The notes under the pieces were generated by a model, which saw nothing but the letters and a program-made list of their open reading frames with translations, was not told where the DNA came from and ran no database searches. DNA of 64,000 nucleotides from NCBI GenBank assembly GCA_963727805.1, contig CAVSHF010000005.1, positions 896,001 to 960,000 of the forward strand, in the 5' to 3' direction. Source of the stretch: an uncultured Nitrospiraceae bacterium. GTDB taxonomy: Bacteria > Nitrospirota > Thermodesulfovibrionia > Thermodesulfovibrionales > Dissulfurispiraceae. Of this stretch, positions 1 through 10,975 are shown piece after piece (positions within the stretch are counted from its first letter, which is position 1; each line of letters opens with the position of its first letter). The position numbers and the translations under genes were made by a program.

Positions 1-1781
1 TTCCCCATTTTCTCCTTATGGTGCTGTTTGCCGGTACGCTGTCTCCTGACGGCCTTAGTTTTTTTGACGGCTTCATCCTCGATTTTCTTCAGTTCCGCAT
101 TTGCCTTGAAAATATCGTACTCATTGTAATCTTCCATGTTCTTATCTTTGAGATATTTCTGGCTCTTTCTTAGGTCCCATATCGATATCGGAGGGAAGGC
201 AACGTTTCTGTAAGGAATCTCAAAATACTCCTTCAGATCAGGAGCATAAAAATACAAAATGCTTATATCATACGGATTATACTTGAATATGTATTTCGTC
301 CTTTTCTTGCCGGGCGTTTCCATTTCACTATATTTTCTGAGGACATCGCTATAATAATGTATGTGTTCCCATACCACATTGGCCCTCTGGATAGTCCGCT
401 CTATAGATGGGAAAAGAGAGATTCTCAACTTGCGTGCCTCTTCTCCCTGGATTATTTCCGGAAGCCCGGTACCGGGTGTAGTTTCGTCCCCGAAGATACC
501 CATCTCATATTTCTTGTACGGCATCATATAACCTATGCCTGAGTGAGGACTCTTATGGTATTTGTTGACGATAAGTTGCGTAGCCCATTTTTCAGTTTCT
601 TTTATCGTCATACAGGCCGTTGCCTCCGAATCGTATTCTCCTTTGGCCTGCGGATTCGAGAATGTCGTCCCGGGAAGAGCATGCACTTCATTGTTTAAAG
701 TCTCAATAAACCTCTCGATGTGGCCACCGTATTTTGGTTGTCGGCGAGGCCTGAACTTTACCTCCAAATTATTATCTTCACAAAATCTCTTCAGATCTTT
801 TCCTCTGTACCAGCTGGCATTGTCGGTATATATGATGATATTTTTTGTCAATCCCCATACGCTCCACTCTCCCTCGACACCTACTCTAGCCAAAACTTCC
901 TGTTTCGGCATAGCTCCCATATAAATGCATTGTCCGATCGTGAAAAAACTCGGGTGGTCCACTGAAAAATCAAACCCATATACCGACCTGCTAAAAACAT
1001 CTTCAGCAACAACTGCATATGCTTTTCCGATGGATTGTCTGTATAGTTCATCGACAATCAAGAGATCAAGCGGCGTCTCATCTATTTCAATAACATCCAG
1101 TGGATGTTCGACAATAAAAGAGCCAACTATCGGATCGTAAATGGTCCTGGCTTTGGCAGCTCCTTCTGTACGCTTCATGATTTCTCTCTTTGATATCTCA
1201 CCTATTCTGTTTTTGATAGTATTTTTGTGAGGAGCCTTTAATTTCGCATTTTTGCACTTTACCTTTACGTCTTCCTGAAGTTTCTTAAGCCTCAGTCTTT
1301 TCCCCTTCTGTAAATATTCCTCGATAGTTTCGGCCACGACGACATCAACTGCCGGATCTATTCTGTGGGTACCCTTTCCTCCTCTTTTGTTATAGTTCGG
1401 GGCTAGGGAGCTCAACTGCCCTGTTGCTTCATATCTTTTTATCCAGTCATATAAAGTAACATCAGTTAGACCAAATGCCTCTGCTCTTGCTATAACCTCT
1501 TTTTTTGTCCTGTCAGACCTCAGAAGAGGCTTTATTATCTCGTATCTTTGCTTCGCTATTTCCCAGTGCTCTTCCTCAATGTGCTCTGCAGGTTCCACTT
1601 TGTTATTTTCGGCCGGTGCGCTCGCCGGGGTCATCCTGAGCTGTAAGATGGGGTAGAGCCCTGTCTCGCCGCTTTCCGGGTCTCTCAGGAGAACTTCCTT
1701 GAAATTGACTGCGTTGATGACCTCGTGCTTCTTGTCACCTATGTAAACGATGCTCCCTTTGGATAACGATAATCCTTTCAT
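1..1781 (-). CDS. tnsB: Tn7-like DDE transposase TnsB (3' end runs off window)
   Basis: Not in the ORF track (no stop in window). My translation from ATG 1781 (ATGA overlap with the tnsA stop) reads MKGLSLSKG...HWEIAKQRYEIIKPLL...TLYDWIKRY (HTH)...IEIDET...YTDNA...GHIERF (DDE triad)...KYNPYDISILYFY. Confidence 0.9.
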   Translation of the reverse strand, partial: MKGLSLSKGSIVYIGDKKHEVINAVNFKEVLLRDPESGETGLYPILQLRMTPASAPAENNKVEPAEHIEEEHWEIAKQRYEIIKPLLRSDRTKKEVIARAEAFGLTDVTLYDWIKRYEATGQLSSLAPNYNKRGGKGTHRIDPAVDVVVAETIEEYLQKGKRLRLKKLQEDVKVKCKNAKLKAPHKNTIKNRIGEISKREIMKRTEGAAKARTIYDPIVGSFIVEHPLDVIEIDETPLDLLIVDELYRQSIGKAYAVVAEDVFSRSVYGFDFSVDHPSFFTIGQCIYMGAMPKQEVLARVGVEGEWSVWGLTKNIIIYTDNASWYRGKDLKRFCEDNNLEVKFRPRRQPKYGGHIERFIETLNNEVHALPGTTFSNPQAKGEYDSEATACMTIKETEKWATQLIVNKYHKSPHSGIGYMMPYKKYEMGIFGDETTPGTGLPEIIQGEEARKLRISLFPSIERTIQRANVVWEHIHYYSDVLRKYSEMETPGKKRTKYIFKYNPYDISILYFYAPDLKEYFEIPYRNVAFPPISIWDLRKSQKYLKDKNMEDYNEYDIFKANAELKKIEDEAVKKTKAVRRQRTGKQHHKEKMG

Positions 1782-2425
1782 CGGTTTGCCTTCAAAATTG
1801 TGCTGTTGGTTAAAGGCTTGTTCAGGTCTGTCACCAGGATCTTTGTCCAGACAAGATGCCAGATCGAAGGGAGTATCCACGCACGCTCAAGCCGGTCTTT
1901 CGCTATGCCATCGAGAATATCCGATACACTCATGCCATTTCCATCAAGATTAATAAGTATCCGGTCTTTATACGATCCGAGAAGTTTTGGCGCTTCTCTG
2001 TATCCGTAAAGAAAATTAAGATTATCGAGGCGCTGGCCTCTAATATCGGTGTCGAGGACCACCTTGAAGTCCATACCATTAGCTGCGGCGTATTCCTCAC
2101 ATGTCGCAAACTTGAGCTTTAACAGAGGAGCCTTCTCCGGATCCAGGAGGTCCTTCTCGGATTTGACTTCCATGAGAAGCGGCTTTCTGCCAGTTTCCGG
2201 TTTGTAATATATAAGGCAATCCGGATAATAAGGACTGCTCGGCCTTCTCGGATTCGGCACTTCAACCTGTTGAGCCACGTATCTTTCTATCTCATCCTCA
2301 AACTCAAGCGTCTGATAAAAATCCCGTTCTACAGGAGACTCGTAATCCACGTGTCCGCCGTTTTTCATACTGTAAAAGTAGCCCGTCGGCACTCTGTTGC
2401 CAGGTGGTATTTTCCTGATCTTCAT
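1778..2425 (-). CDS. tnsA: Tn7-like TnsA endonuclease
   Basis: YES..ERDF...LEF..., YYPD...LMEVK PD-(D/E)xK motif and a C-terminal wHTH-like region; translationally coupled to tnsB. Confidence 0.9.
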   Translation of the reverse strand: MKIRKIPPGNRVPTGYFYSMKNGGHVDYESPVERDFYQTLEFEDEIERYVAQQVEVPNPRRPSSPYYPDCLIYYKPETGRKPLLMEVKSEKDLLDPEKAPLLKLKFATCEEYAAANGMDFKVVLDTDIRGQRLDNLNFLYGYREAPKLLGSYKDRILINLDGNGMSVSDILDGIAKDRLERAWILPSIWHLVWTKILVTDLNKPLTNSTILKANR

Positions 2426-2473
2426 GAGTAAATTATACTTTGTCCGGAGTCCATTTGCAACTTTTGTAAATTA

Positions 2474-2657
2474 GTTAATCTATTTATTGTATTATTGTAA
2501 TTGGTTAAGCTATATTATGTTAAAGTTAAGTTATTTATTGTCTCTTTCTGTTTTTTTGAAAACGAGACCATATTTTGTCGTATCTTATTGATTTAAGGTG
2601 ATATAAAGATGTGTTATGGGAGGCAGAGCGATAAAATTAAGTTAAGCTATCTTGTGG
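2474..2657. repeat. Putative TnsB-binding site repeats
   Basis: gttaatctatttattgt (2474-2490), gttaagctatattatgt (2504-2520), gttaagttatttattgt (2525-2541), gttaagctatcttgtgg (2641-2657). Confidence 0.8.
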
Positions 2658-2665
2658 GAATGACA

Positions 2666-3025
2666 ACATGATGCACCGTCATGCTGCTCACGATAAGATC
2701 GAAGGCGCCAGTCAAACTGACTCCCTTATCGAAATTTACAAATTCTGTATACACATTTGCTAAACCCCGTCGCGCAACTTTATCATCCACCACACTCAGC
2801 ATGCCCTTCGAACTATCGACGCCGATAATACATCGTACATAGGGCTTCAGCCGGAGCGTCACAAGACCTGTTCCACAGCCGAAATCGAGAATATCCATAT
2901 TCTTGGCGGGCTTGACGATCCTGATTATTGCATCGGCAATATCATTTGCAAGTTTGATTCTCTCCGGATTCAGGTCCCCCCTGCGCAGCTTCAATATCGA
3001 AATTTCTCCGCTCTTCTGCATTCAA
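2666..3025 (-). pseudogene. Class I SAM-dependent methyltransferase, truncated by the transposon and frameshifted near the 5' end
   Basis: ILDFGCGTG motif I; ...FDLIVSSMTVHHV then runs directly into transposon DNA. RBS GAAGGAG and TTG at 3025 are out of frame with the body because of a G6 run at ~2976-2981. Confidence 0.8.
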
Positions 3026-3156
3026 TTTGTTTACTCCTTCCCGTTCTCAATGCTCCACAAATGATTCTATCCTGCTAATATGTCTGCTTTTAATATGTTT
3101 GTATACTATCGTAGAGGACAAAGAAAGTACACTGCCTTCATTGTTAGGGATCCAAC

Positions 3157-4893
3157 ATGAAAAACAGGGAAATTGCAAAGATATTTAATGAAATCGCCGA
3201 CCTTCTCGAAATAAAAAACGAGAACCCCTTTCGAATTCGAGCGTACCGCAGGGCCGCCCTTAATGTCGAAGGATTAGCTAGGAACATCGAAGACCTTACC
3301 GAAAGGGAGTTAATCAAGGTCCCCGGCATCGGCAAAGACCTCGCGGGCAAGATTGCCGAATACCTGAAAACCGAAAAGATCGTGGCCCATGAAGAGTTGA
3401 AAAAAGAGATCCCGCCGGAGATTCTGGCGCTTGAAGCGGTACCGGGACTTGGCCCCAAGACCGCTATTCTCCTTCATGATAAATTGAACCTCAAGAGCAT
3501 TGATGAACTCGAACAGCTTGCAATGAAACATAAGCTCGCAGGACTGCCAGGGATTAAGGCAAAGACCGAAGAAAATATATTGAAGGGGATAGGGATGCTC
3601 AAAAGGGGCATAGAGCGCCAGCCGTTAGGCAAGGTACTTCCTATTGCCCAGGACATTGTCGATCAGCTCAAAGGCAAAGCGCCTATTATCAGGATCGATA
3701 TCGCCGGCAGCCTGAGGAGATGGAAGGATACAGTGAAGGATATCGACATTCTAGCGATGTCCACCAATCCCAAAGAGGTGATGCGTACCTTTGTCAATCT
3801 TCCGCATGTAAAAGACGTACTGATGCAAGGCGCGACAAAATCGAGTGTAATCATCAAAGAGGGCTTACAGGTGGACCTTCGCGTTGTCGAAAAGGAATCA
3901 TATGGTGCCGCTCTTGCCTATTTTACCGGCAGCAAGGAGCACAACATCAGGCTACGGGAGATAGCGCTTAAGAGAGGGCTCACTATTAACGAGTATGGAA
4001 TATTCCGGGTAAAGGACAACAAAAAGCTTGGCGGAGAAAATGAGGAGGATGCTTACAGGATACTCAATCTGCAGTATGTACCTCCTGAGATGAGGGAAGA
4101 CCGCGGAGAGATAGAAGCGGCGATCGAGGGGAAATTACCGAAGCTCGTCACTGTCGAGGATATCAGAGGCGATCTCCATGTTCATTCAAAATGGAGCGAC
4201 GGCAGCCATACGTTCGAGCAGCTTGTTGAAGCCGCGAAAAAGATGGGCTATTCCTATTTCGCCTTGACAGATCATTCGAAGGGCCTTGCCGTTGCGCGCG
4301 GCCTTACCGTTGAAAGACTTATGGATCAGAAAAATGAGATCATTGCCCTAAACAAGAAGCTGCAAAACTTCAGAATCCTCCAGGGGACAGAAGTTGATAT
4401 AAGAAATGACGGGACACTCGACTATTCCGACGACGTCCTTCAGATGCTCGATATTGTGGTCGCATCGATCCATTCAGGCTTTAAGCAGACGAGGGAACAG
4501 ATAACATCACGAATTGTCTCAGCCATGAAGAATCCGCATGTGAGCATCATTGCCCATCCAACCGGCAGGCTCATCGGTGAAAGGGATGCTTATGAAGTGG
4601 ACATGGATGAAGTATTGAAGATGGCGAAAGAAACAGGAACGGTAATGGAGATTAATGCTTATCCTTTGAGGCTTGACCTTCATGATGTTTACGCAAAAAA
4701 GGCAAAGGAAATGGGCATTCCCATCGTCATAAGCACCGATGCCCATGTTACGACACAATTTAACTTTATGTCATATGGTGTCTCGATCGCGCGGCGCAGC
4801 TGGCTTGAAAAGAAAGATGTCGCCAACACTCTAGAGGCAAGACAGTTGCTGAAAAAACTAAAACCGTATGGGAAGAAAGAGAATGGAAGGTAA
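3157..4893 (+). CDS. polX: DNA polymerase X family with C-terminal PHP domain
   Basis: ENPFRIRAYRRAA, HhH motifs, GSLRR...KDIDIL, TGSKEHN; PHP motifs DLHVHS, TDHS, AHPTGR, STDAH. Confidence 0.95.
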   Translation: MKNREIAKIFNEIADLLEIKNENPFRIRAYRRAALNVEGLARNIEDLTERELIKVPGIGKDLAGKIAEYLKTEKIVAHEELKKEIPPEILALEAVPGLGPKTAILLHDKLNLKSIDELEQLAMKHKLAGLPGIKAKTEENILKGIGMLKRGIERQPLGKVLPIAQDIVDQLKGKAPIIRIDIAGSLRRWKDTVKDIDILAMSTNPKEVMRTFVNLPHVKDVLMQGATKSSVIIKEGLQVDLRVVEKESYGAALAYFTGSKEHNIRLREIALKRGLTINEYGIFRVKDNKKLGGENEEDAYRILNLQYVPPEMREDRGEIEAAIEGKLPKLVTVEDIRGDLHVHSKWSDGSHTFEQLVEAAKKMGYSYFALTDHSKGLAVARGLTVERLMDQKNEIIALNKKLQNFRILQGTEVDIRNDGTLDYSDDVLQMLDIVVASIHSGFKQTREQITSRIVSAMKNPHVSIIAHPTGRLIGERDAYEVDMDEVLKMAKETGTVMEINAYPLRLDLHDVYAKKAKEMGIPIVISTDAHVTTQFNFMSYGVSIARRSWLEKKDVANTLEARQLLKKLKPYGKKENGR

Positions 4894-5572
4894 TTCATCA
4901 ATGCTGAATGAAATCGAAGTTCGCATCCTTGGCTGTCTGATCGAGAAGGAAATTACAACGCCAGAGTATTATCCGTTGACATTACACTCACTAACCAGCG
5001 CTTGCAACCAAAAATCGAACCGTTGTCCGATCGTATCATATGACGAGAATACCGCAGCGCATTGGCTTGAAGAACTGCGGAAAAAAGGGATTGTACAGTC
5101 GATCAATACTCCGAGCAGTCGTGCAGTTAAATATCGGCATTCCTTTCTTGAAGAATTCAGGCTCATTCCAAGTGAGGCGGTTATTCTTTGTGAACTGATG
5201 CTTCGCGGCCCTCAGACCATGGGAGAAATTAGGGCACACACCGAAAGAATGTATGAGTTCAGGGGGCAGGATGAGATTGAAGAAACCTTGCGGGGCGTGA
5301 TGGAACGTGATGAGCCCTTGATTATTAAATTACAGCGGCAATCGGGCAAAAAAGAAGCGAGATATATGCATATGTTGTCGGGTATACCCGGAAAACAGGA
5401 AAAGGACCAGGACGCTTCAGTGATGGGTTCCAGGCAACAGTATCTGACGGATGATGAGCGAATTGGTAAGCTGGAGGAAGAGTTGTTGGCACTCCGCAGG
5501 GAATTGGATGGATGGAGAAATTCTTTCGAAGAATTCAGAGCACAATTCCACAAAAAAGAGAATTATTCCTAA
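4868..5572 (+). CDS. YceH / DUF480 family protein
   Basis: EVRILGCLIEKEITTPEYYPLT...ACNQKSNR, LMLRGPQT; true start may be slightly downstream. Confidence 0.9.
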   Translation: MGRKRMEGNSSMLNEIEVRILGCLIEKEITTPEYYPLTLHSLTSACNQKSNRCPIVSYDENTAAHWLEELRKKGIVQSINTPSSRAVKYRHSFLEEFRLIPSEAVILCELMLRGPQTMGEIRAHTERMYEFRGQDEIEETLRGVMERDEPLIIKLQRQSGKKEARYMHMLSGIPGKQEKDQDASVMGSRQQYLTDDERIGKLEEELLALRRELDGWRNSFEEFRAQFHKKENYS

Positions 5573-5576
5573 CAAC

Positions 5577-5738
5577 TTACTTTGCATCCTTCATGCTTCC
5601 TTTGTTAGCCGAGCCCTCAGGCTCCCTGATAGCAAGGTCCTTGCAGTAATCAGGGCACTTCTGCCCAGCTTTCATCGAGAACTGTTTCTGGCAGGTCTCC
5701 CTCCATGCGCATATAATACACAACTCTTTTTCTTCCAT
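5577..5738 (-). CDS. Small Cys-rich protein (53 aa), below the ORF-track cutoff
   Basis: MEEKELCIICAWRETCQKQFSMKAGQKCPDYCKDLAIREPEGSANKGSMKDAK*; the ATG abuts the upstream stop (TAAATG) and GGAGG lies upstream. Confidence 0.65.
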   Translation of the reverse strand: MEEKELCIICAWRETCQKQFSMKAGQKCPDYCKDLAIREPEGSANKGSMKDAK

Positions 5739-6593
5739 TTATGCCCCTCCCCTGAAATGCCTCGTCAGGACCCGTTCGATATTCGAGACAATGCCGTCCT
5801 TTGCATTTATTATAAACACTTTAGGCAGCTCTATTCCGTCGCAAGCGATCTCGAAGAGTTCCTTCTCCATCCGTCTTACCGCCGGTGGCTCGCGAAAACG
5901 ATTCTTCAGCTCGTGTTCGAACATCGGTACGATCTTGTCCTTCATCCTCAACTCAGTATCCATAAAGAATATTGAAATCTCCGGCATCAGGTCGCCGACT
6001 CTGTCGAAAAAGGCGCTTATCTCGTTCTGATATACCTGCCTGGGCGGTGATGATTTGATCTCCATATAGAGGATGAACCCTTCAATCCTGGAGAGGAGGT
6101 CGTAGTCTCCGCCGACAACCCTGTGTCTGATCTTCACTCCCCAGACCGCCTCAGCTGAAAAATCCTTCCTAAAGATCTCTGCGACAAACCATTCGAGAGT
6201 ATTCCCAAAACTCCTGATCGGCCCTTTCAGAAGCCTGCATGAATCCCCCTCAGGCCTCACAATACCGATGTCTATGAGATAGCGAATATACTCTGCCGTG
6301 ACCTCTTTTGTAGCATAACGCGTTACTTGAGCAAGCGAGAATAATGGCTGGTGCTTGATGATGTCGCGTAGAAAGAGGCGAAACGAATACTTCCTAAGCA
6401 TTTCATAGTATCCATCGATGAATTGCTTCCCGGGGACCAGGAGGTCGTCGGACGGCTCCTTTTTGTAAATACTGATCCCCCGCCGCCTGAGAATGACCGG
6501 AAGCGATGGAGAGAGCCTGTTCAAGCGCTCCCTGAGCCGCTTGACCTCGTTTCTCAGCGCACGAATCTCTTCACTTTCCTGAAGGGCCTTCAT
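5739..6593 (-). CDS. Hypothetical protein with PD-(D/E)xK nuclease-like C-terminal domain
   Basis: G.TLEWFVAE...GDYDLL...LYMEIKS spacing is typical of the restriction-endonuclease-like fold. Confidence 0.6.
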   Translation of the reverse strand: MKALQESEEIRALRNEVKRLRERLNRLSPSLPVILRRRGISIYKKEPSDDLLVPGKQFIDGYYEMLRKYSFRLFLRDIIKHQPLFSLAQVTRYATKEVTAEYIRYLIDIGIVRPEGDSCRLLKGPIRSFGNTLEWFVAEIFRKDFSAEAVWGVKIRHRVVGGDYDLLSRIEGFILYMEIKSSPPRQVYQNEISAFFDRVGDLMPEISIFFMDTELRMKDKIVPMFEHELKNRFREPPAVRRMEKELFEIACDGIELPKVFIINAKDGIVSNIERVLTRHFRGGA

Positions 6594-6779
6594 ATCTTAT
6601 TGTAGCAATTATTGGGACCTTGAGAAAAGACTCAAATCATATACTATTACGTGTTGCACAATCGAATCCACAATTTGCCGAAATTTGAATTAATCTCCCC
6701 GCCATGATAAAATGAAACTCGTTTATTTGTGTGGCAATACGTATAAACTATTAACAATCAAGGGAAAACCATTACTAAT

Positions 6780-8024
6780 ATGCCGAATGTCATTCCTTTC
6801 AGAGGGCTTCTCTTCAATCGCGACAAGGTTTCTGGCGATAATGTCGTAGCTCCGCCGTATGATGTTATATCCCCAGAGTACAAAGAAGTGCTTTATACCA
6901 AAAGTCCCTACAATATCGTCCGCATCGACTTCGGGAAGGAGTTGCCTGAAGATACGAAAGAAAGTAACAAATATACGCGCGCCAAGGCTTTGCTCGATCA
7001 ATGGACACGTGAAAAAATTCTAGTAAAGGACAGGGAGCCTGCTTTCTATGCTTATGAGATGGATTATAACGTAATGGGCAAGAACAAGCGGCTTAAGGGC
7101 ATTTTCGCCCTCGTGAAGATCGTTGAACTAGGCAACGGCGTATATCCTCATGAAATGACTCACGCGAAGCCGAAGGCCGACCGACTAGACCTCATGAGAT
7201 ACTGCGAGGCAAATATAAGCCCTATATATAGTATTTATAACAGCCCTGAAAGATTGACATCAAAAGTCCTTGATGCGATTAGGAAGGAACCTTACCTGAC
7301 AGCAAAGGATGCCGACGGTGCAGTGCATAGGCTATTCAAAATTGCAGACAAGGTAAAGACGGGGCTGATTTCGAAGGACTTGCTCGACAAGGCCATATTC
7401 ATCGCCGATGGACACCACCGCTATGAGGTAGCCCTCGAATTCAAGAAAGAGATGGACCAAAAAACGCGCAGGACTGACGATGAGCCACGGCCGTGGGATT
7501 ATGTTCTCATGTTTCTCGCAAACATGTCGGACGAAGGGATCACCATTCTTCCCACTCATCGTATGGTCAAAGGCATTGCCGATAATGTGTCCATTCTGGA
7601 AAAACTTAAACCCGATTTTAAGATGAGGGAACTTCCTCTTGCTGCCGACATAACAAGCCAGATCTTCTCGGAAGGGGAGCACACCTTCGGTCTCTTTTTG
7701 AAAGCAGACCAGAAGTGGCACGTACTGACATACATGGGGGGCAAACTGAAAGACCTCCATCCGGCCCTCAATAATCTTGATGTTGTGGTGCTTCATGAGC
7801 TGATCCTTAAAAGAGACCTTGGCATTACCGAAGTTGCCTATGAAATGGACGTTATAGAAGCAATGAGAAAGGTGCACCGCGGCGATTTTGATGCCGTTTT
7901 TTTCCTCAATCCCACGGGGGTCGGAGCTATCGAGCTCGTAGCATCAGCTAATCTGCGGATGCCGCCGAAATCGACGTATTTCTATCCCAAGCTCTTGACC
8001 GGAATGGTCATCAACAAATTCTAA
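6780..8024 (+). CDS. DUF1015 family protein
   Basis: PFRGL, APPYDVIS, PHE.T, IADGHHRYE, MPPKSTYFYPKL. Confidence 0.9.
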   Translation: MPNVIPFRGLLFNRDKVSGDNVVAPPYDVISPEYKEVLYTKSPYNIVRIDFGKELPEDTKESNKYTRAKALLDQWTREKILVKDREPAFYAYEMDYNVMGKNKRLKGIFALVKIVELGNGVYPHEMTHAKPKADRLDLMRYCEANISPIYSIYNSPERLTSKVLDAIRKEPYLTAKDADGAVHRLFKIADKVKTGLISKDLLDKAIFIADGHHRYEVALEFKKEMDQKTRRTDDEPRPWDYVLMFLANMSDEGITILPTHRMVKGIADNVSILEKLKPDFKMRELPLAADITSQIFSEGEHTFGLFLKADQKWHVLTYMGGKLKDLHPALNNLDVVVLHELILKRDLGITEVAYEMDVIEAMRKVHRGDFDAVFFLNPTGVGAIELVASANLRMPPKSTYFYPKLLTGMVINKF

Positions 8025-9050
<1,026 letters not shown>

Positions 9051-9052
9051 TC

Positions 9053-10282
9053 ATGGCGCGTAAGAACAGTATATCGCCTGCAGTAGGAGATATACTTGGT
9101 AAAATGACGATTGAAGATCTTCCTATCAAAGGGAAACGAGTCTTTATCAGGGTCGACTTCAATGTGCCCATCGACACCAATATGGGCATCACCGACGACC
9201 GCAGGATTAGGTCCGCACTTCCTACCATCAACTATGCTATCGATGAGGGTGCAAAGGTAATCCTCGCATCACATCTTGGGAGACCCAAGGGCAAAGTTGA
9301 TCCCCGCTACAGTATTGCGCCCGTAGCAAAGAGGCTGCAGCGTCTCCTGAACAAAGAGGTGTTCTTCGCACCCGACAGCGTCGGACCCCAGGTTGAAAGC
9401 ATAGTCGCAAAGATGAAGGATGGGGATGTTCTTCTCCTTGAGAACCTCCGTTTCCATGTTGAGGAGGAAAAGAATGATGAGAATTATGCGAAATTACTTT
9501 CTAGACTCGCGGATTTTTATGTAAATGATGCCTTCGGGGCGGCTCACCGGGCGCACGCTTCGACGGTAGGGATCACAAAATTTCTTCCATCGGCGGCCGG
9601 CTTTCTCATGAAAAAAGAGATCGAATACCTGAAGGGTGTTGTCGAAAACCCCGTAAGACCCTTTGTGGCTATACTCGGCGGATCGAAAGTCTCCGGCAAG
9701 ATCGGAGTGCTTCAACACCTCGCCGACAAGGTTGACAAGGTCATCGTAGGCGGCGGCATGGCCTATACCTTTATCAAAGCAATGGACTACGAGATCGGCG
9801 ACTCGCTCCTAGAGGCCGAGATGCTCGGCTTCGCCAAAGAAACGATAGAGCAGTTGAAGAAGAACAAGGTGAAATTCTATCTCCCCGTCGACAGTGTTGT
9901 CGCACAGACGATCGAACGCGGCGCCGAAACGAAGATCGTCACCACGCAGGAAATCCCTAAGGGCTGGAAGGCCCTCGATATCGGTCCGGCATCGGTGAAG
10001 CTCTTTTCAGAGGCGATCCAGGATGCTAAAACGATCATATGGAACGGGCCGATGGGCGTTTTTGAGATAGACGCTTTTTCACGAGGGACGTATGCGATCG
10101 CCCATGCGGTTGCTGATGCCTACGCCCTTACGATCGTGGGCGGAGGGGATACGGACTACGCGGTGCACAAGGCGGGGGTCAGCGATACGATCACCTTCAT
10201 CTCCACGGGCGGCGGCGCATCACTTCAGCTACTTGAAGGAAAAGACCTGCCGGGAATATCGGCGTTGAGCAACAAACAATAA
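9053..10282 (+). CDS. pgk: Phosphoglycerate kinase
   Basis: RVDFNVP, SHLGRPKG, LLENLRF, GGGDT, STGGGASL. Confidence 0.98.
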   Translation: MARKNSISPAVGDILGKMTIEDLPIKGKRVFIRVDFNVPIDTNMGITDDRRIRSALPTINYAIDEGAKVILASHLGRPKGKVDPRYSIAPVAKRLQRLLNKEVFFAPDSVGPQVESIVAKMKDGDVLLLENLRFHVEEEKNDENYAKLLSRLADFYVNDAFGAAHRAHASTVGITKFLPSAAGFLMKKEIEYLKGVVENPVRPFVAILGGSKVSGKIGVLQHLADKVDKVIVGGGMAYTFIKAMDYEIGDSLLEAEMLGFAKETIEQLKKNKVKFYLPVDSVVAQTIERGAETKIVTTQEIPKGWKALDIGPASVKLFSEAIQDAKTIIWNGPMGVFEIDAFSRGTYAIAHAVADAYALTIVGGGDTDYAVHKAGVSDTITFISTGGGASLQLLEGKDLPGISALSNKQ

Positions 10283-10305
10283 TAGTCGAGGGTTAATAAA
10301 ATATG

Positions 10306-10340
10306 AGGGAGGCTCGGGTAGTCCCCAGGGCCTCCCTTTT
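10306..10340 (+). terminator. Rho-independent terminator after pgk
   Basis: agggaggc...gcctccct stem followed by a T run. Confidence 0.65.
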
Positions 10341-10480
10341 CTCCAACTGGCAATTATCAAAATTCACAGTCCGAGAATATGACTCTGCTGCCTTCGAAGT
10401 TTCCTTATTTGAATTTAAACTGAATTGATCTCCCAGGGCGAACGGCCTGTTCTATCAATCCGCATAGGCTGGGTCAACCC

Positions 10481-10888
10481 TCAGGAGAGCACTTCCACAA
10501 TCTCTTCGCATACCTTATGAGGAAGTTTTTCGTTATCAAATGAAAGGATTCCTCTCTTCATCTCGACGACGGACGGAGTTTTGCTCTCGAACCGCTTGAT
10601 AAGGTATTGAGCGGCAACCTCGGGCTTGATGACGTCTCCACAGGTAAATATGTCGACTGCGGCATAAGAATATTCGGGCCAGGTATGGATGGAGAGATGT
10701 GATTCGGCGATAACCACCATTCCGCTGATCCCGAAAGGATTGAATTCATGGAATGATACGTCGATAATAGTCGCTTTCGCCTCTTTAGCGGCTGAGACCA
10801 AAGCTCCCTTCACCTTGTTCAGGTCTTTAAGAATCTCGGGATTACAGTCCCTCAACTCTACCAATAGATGGGTACCTAAAGCATACAA
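10481..10888 (-). CDS. speD: S-adenosylmethionine decarboxylase proenzyme
   Basis: GISGMVVIAESHLSIHTWPEY..AAVDIFTCG (ES self-cleavage site); TTG start with a G-rich RBS. Confidence 0.95.
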   Translation of the reverse strand: MYALGTHLLVELRDCNPEILKDLNKVKGALVSAAKEAKATIIDVSFHEFNPFGISGMVVIAESHLSIHTWPEYSYAAVDIFTCGDVIKPEVAAQYLIKRFESKTPSVVEMKRGILSFDNEKLPHKVCEEIVEVLS

Positions 10889-10945
10889 TTTCTTACCCCC
10901 CCTCAGTAAAGAATTGAAGAAAGAACAATCGCTCTTAAGCTTTAA

Positions 10946-10975
10946 ATATTAAGGTAATTGGCACTTTATTGTCAA
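10946..10975 (-). promoter_or_regulatory. Sigma70-type promoter for speD
   Basis: TTGACA-N18-TAATAT on the minus strand about 60 bp upstream of the start. Confidence 0.5.

Larger units (their letters stand above)
1..2665 (-). mobile_element. Tn7-like transposon, tnsA-proximal end at 2665; element extends left beyond the window
   Basis: Minus strand starts TGTCATTC followed by CCACAAGATAGCTTAAC; related sites lie internally; the end truncates a host ORF. Confidence 0.85.

Noticed and set aside
357..1140. Several plus-strand ORFs in the ORF track
   Set aside because: They are antisense shadows of tnsB, which the track omits.
2474..2541. Short direct repeats considered as a CRISPR mini-array
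   Set aside because: Spacing is only 4-13 bp, and the same motif occurs at the transposon terminus, so they are better explained as TnsB sites.
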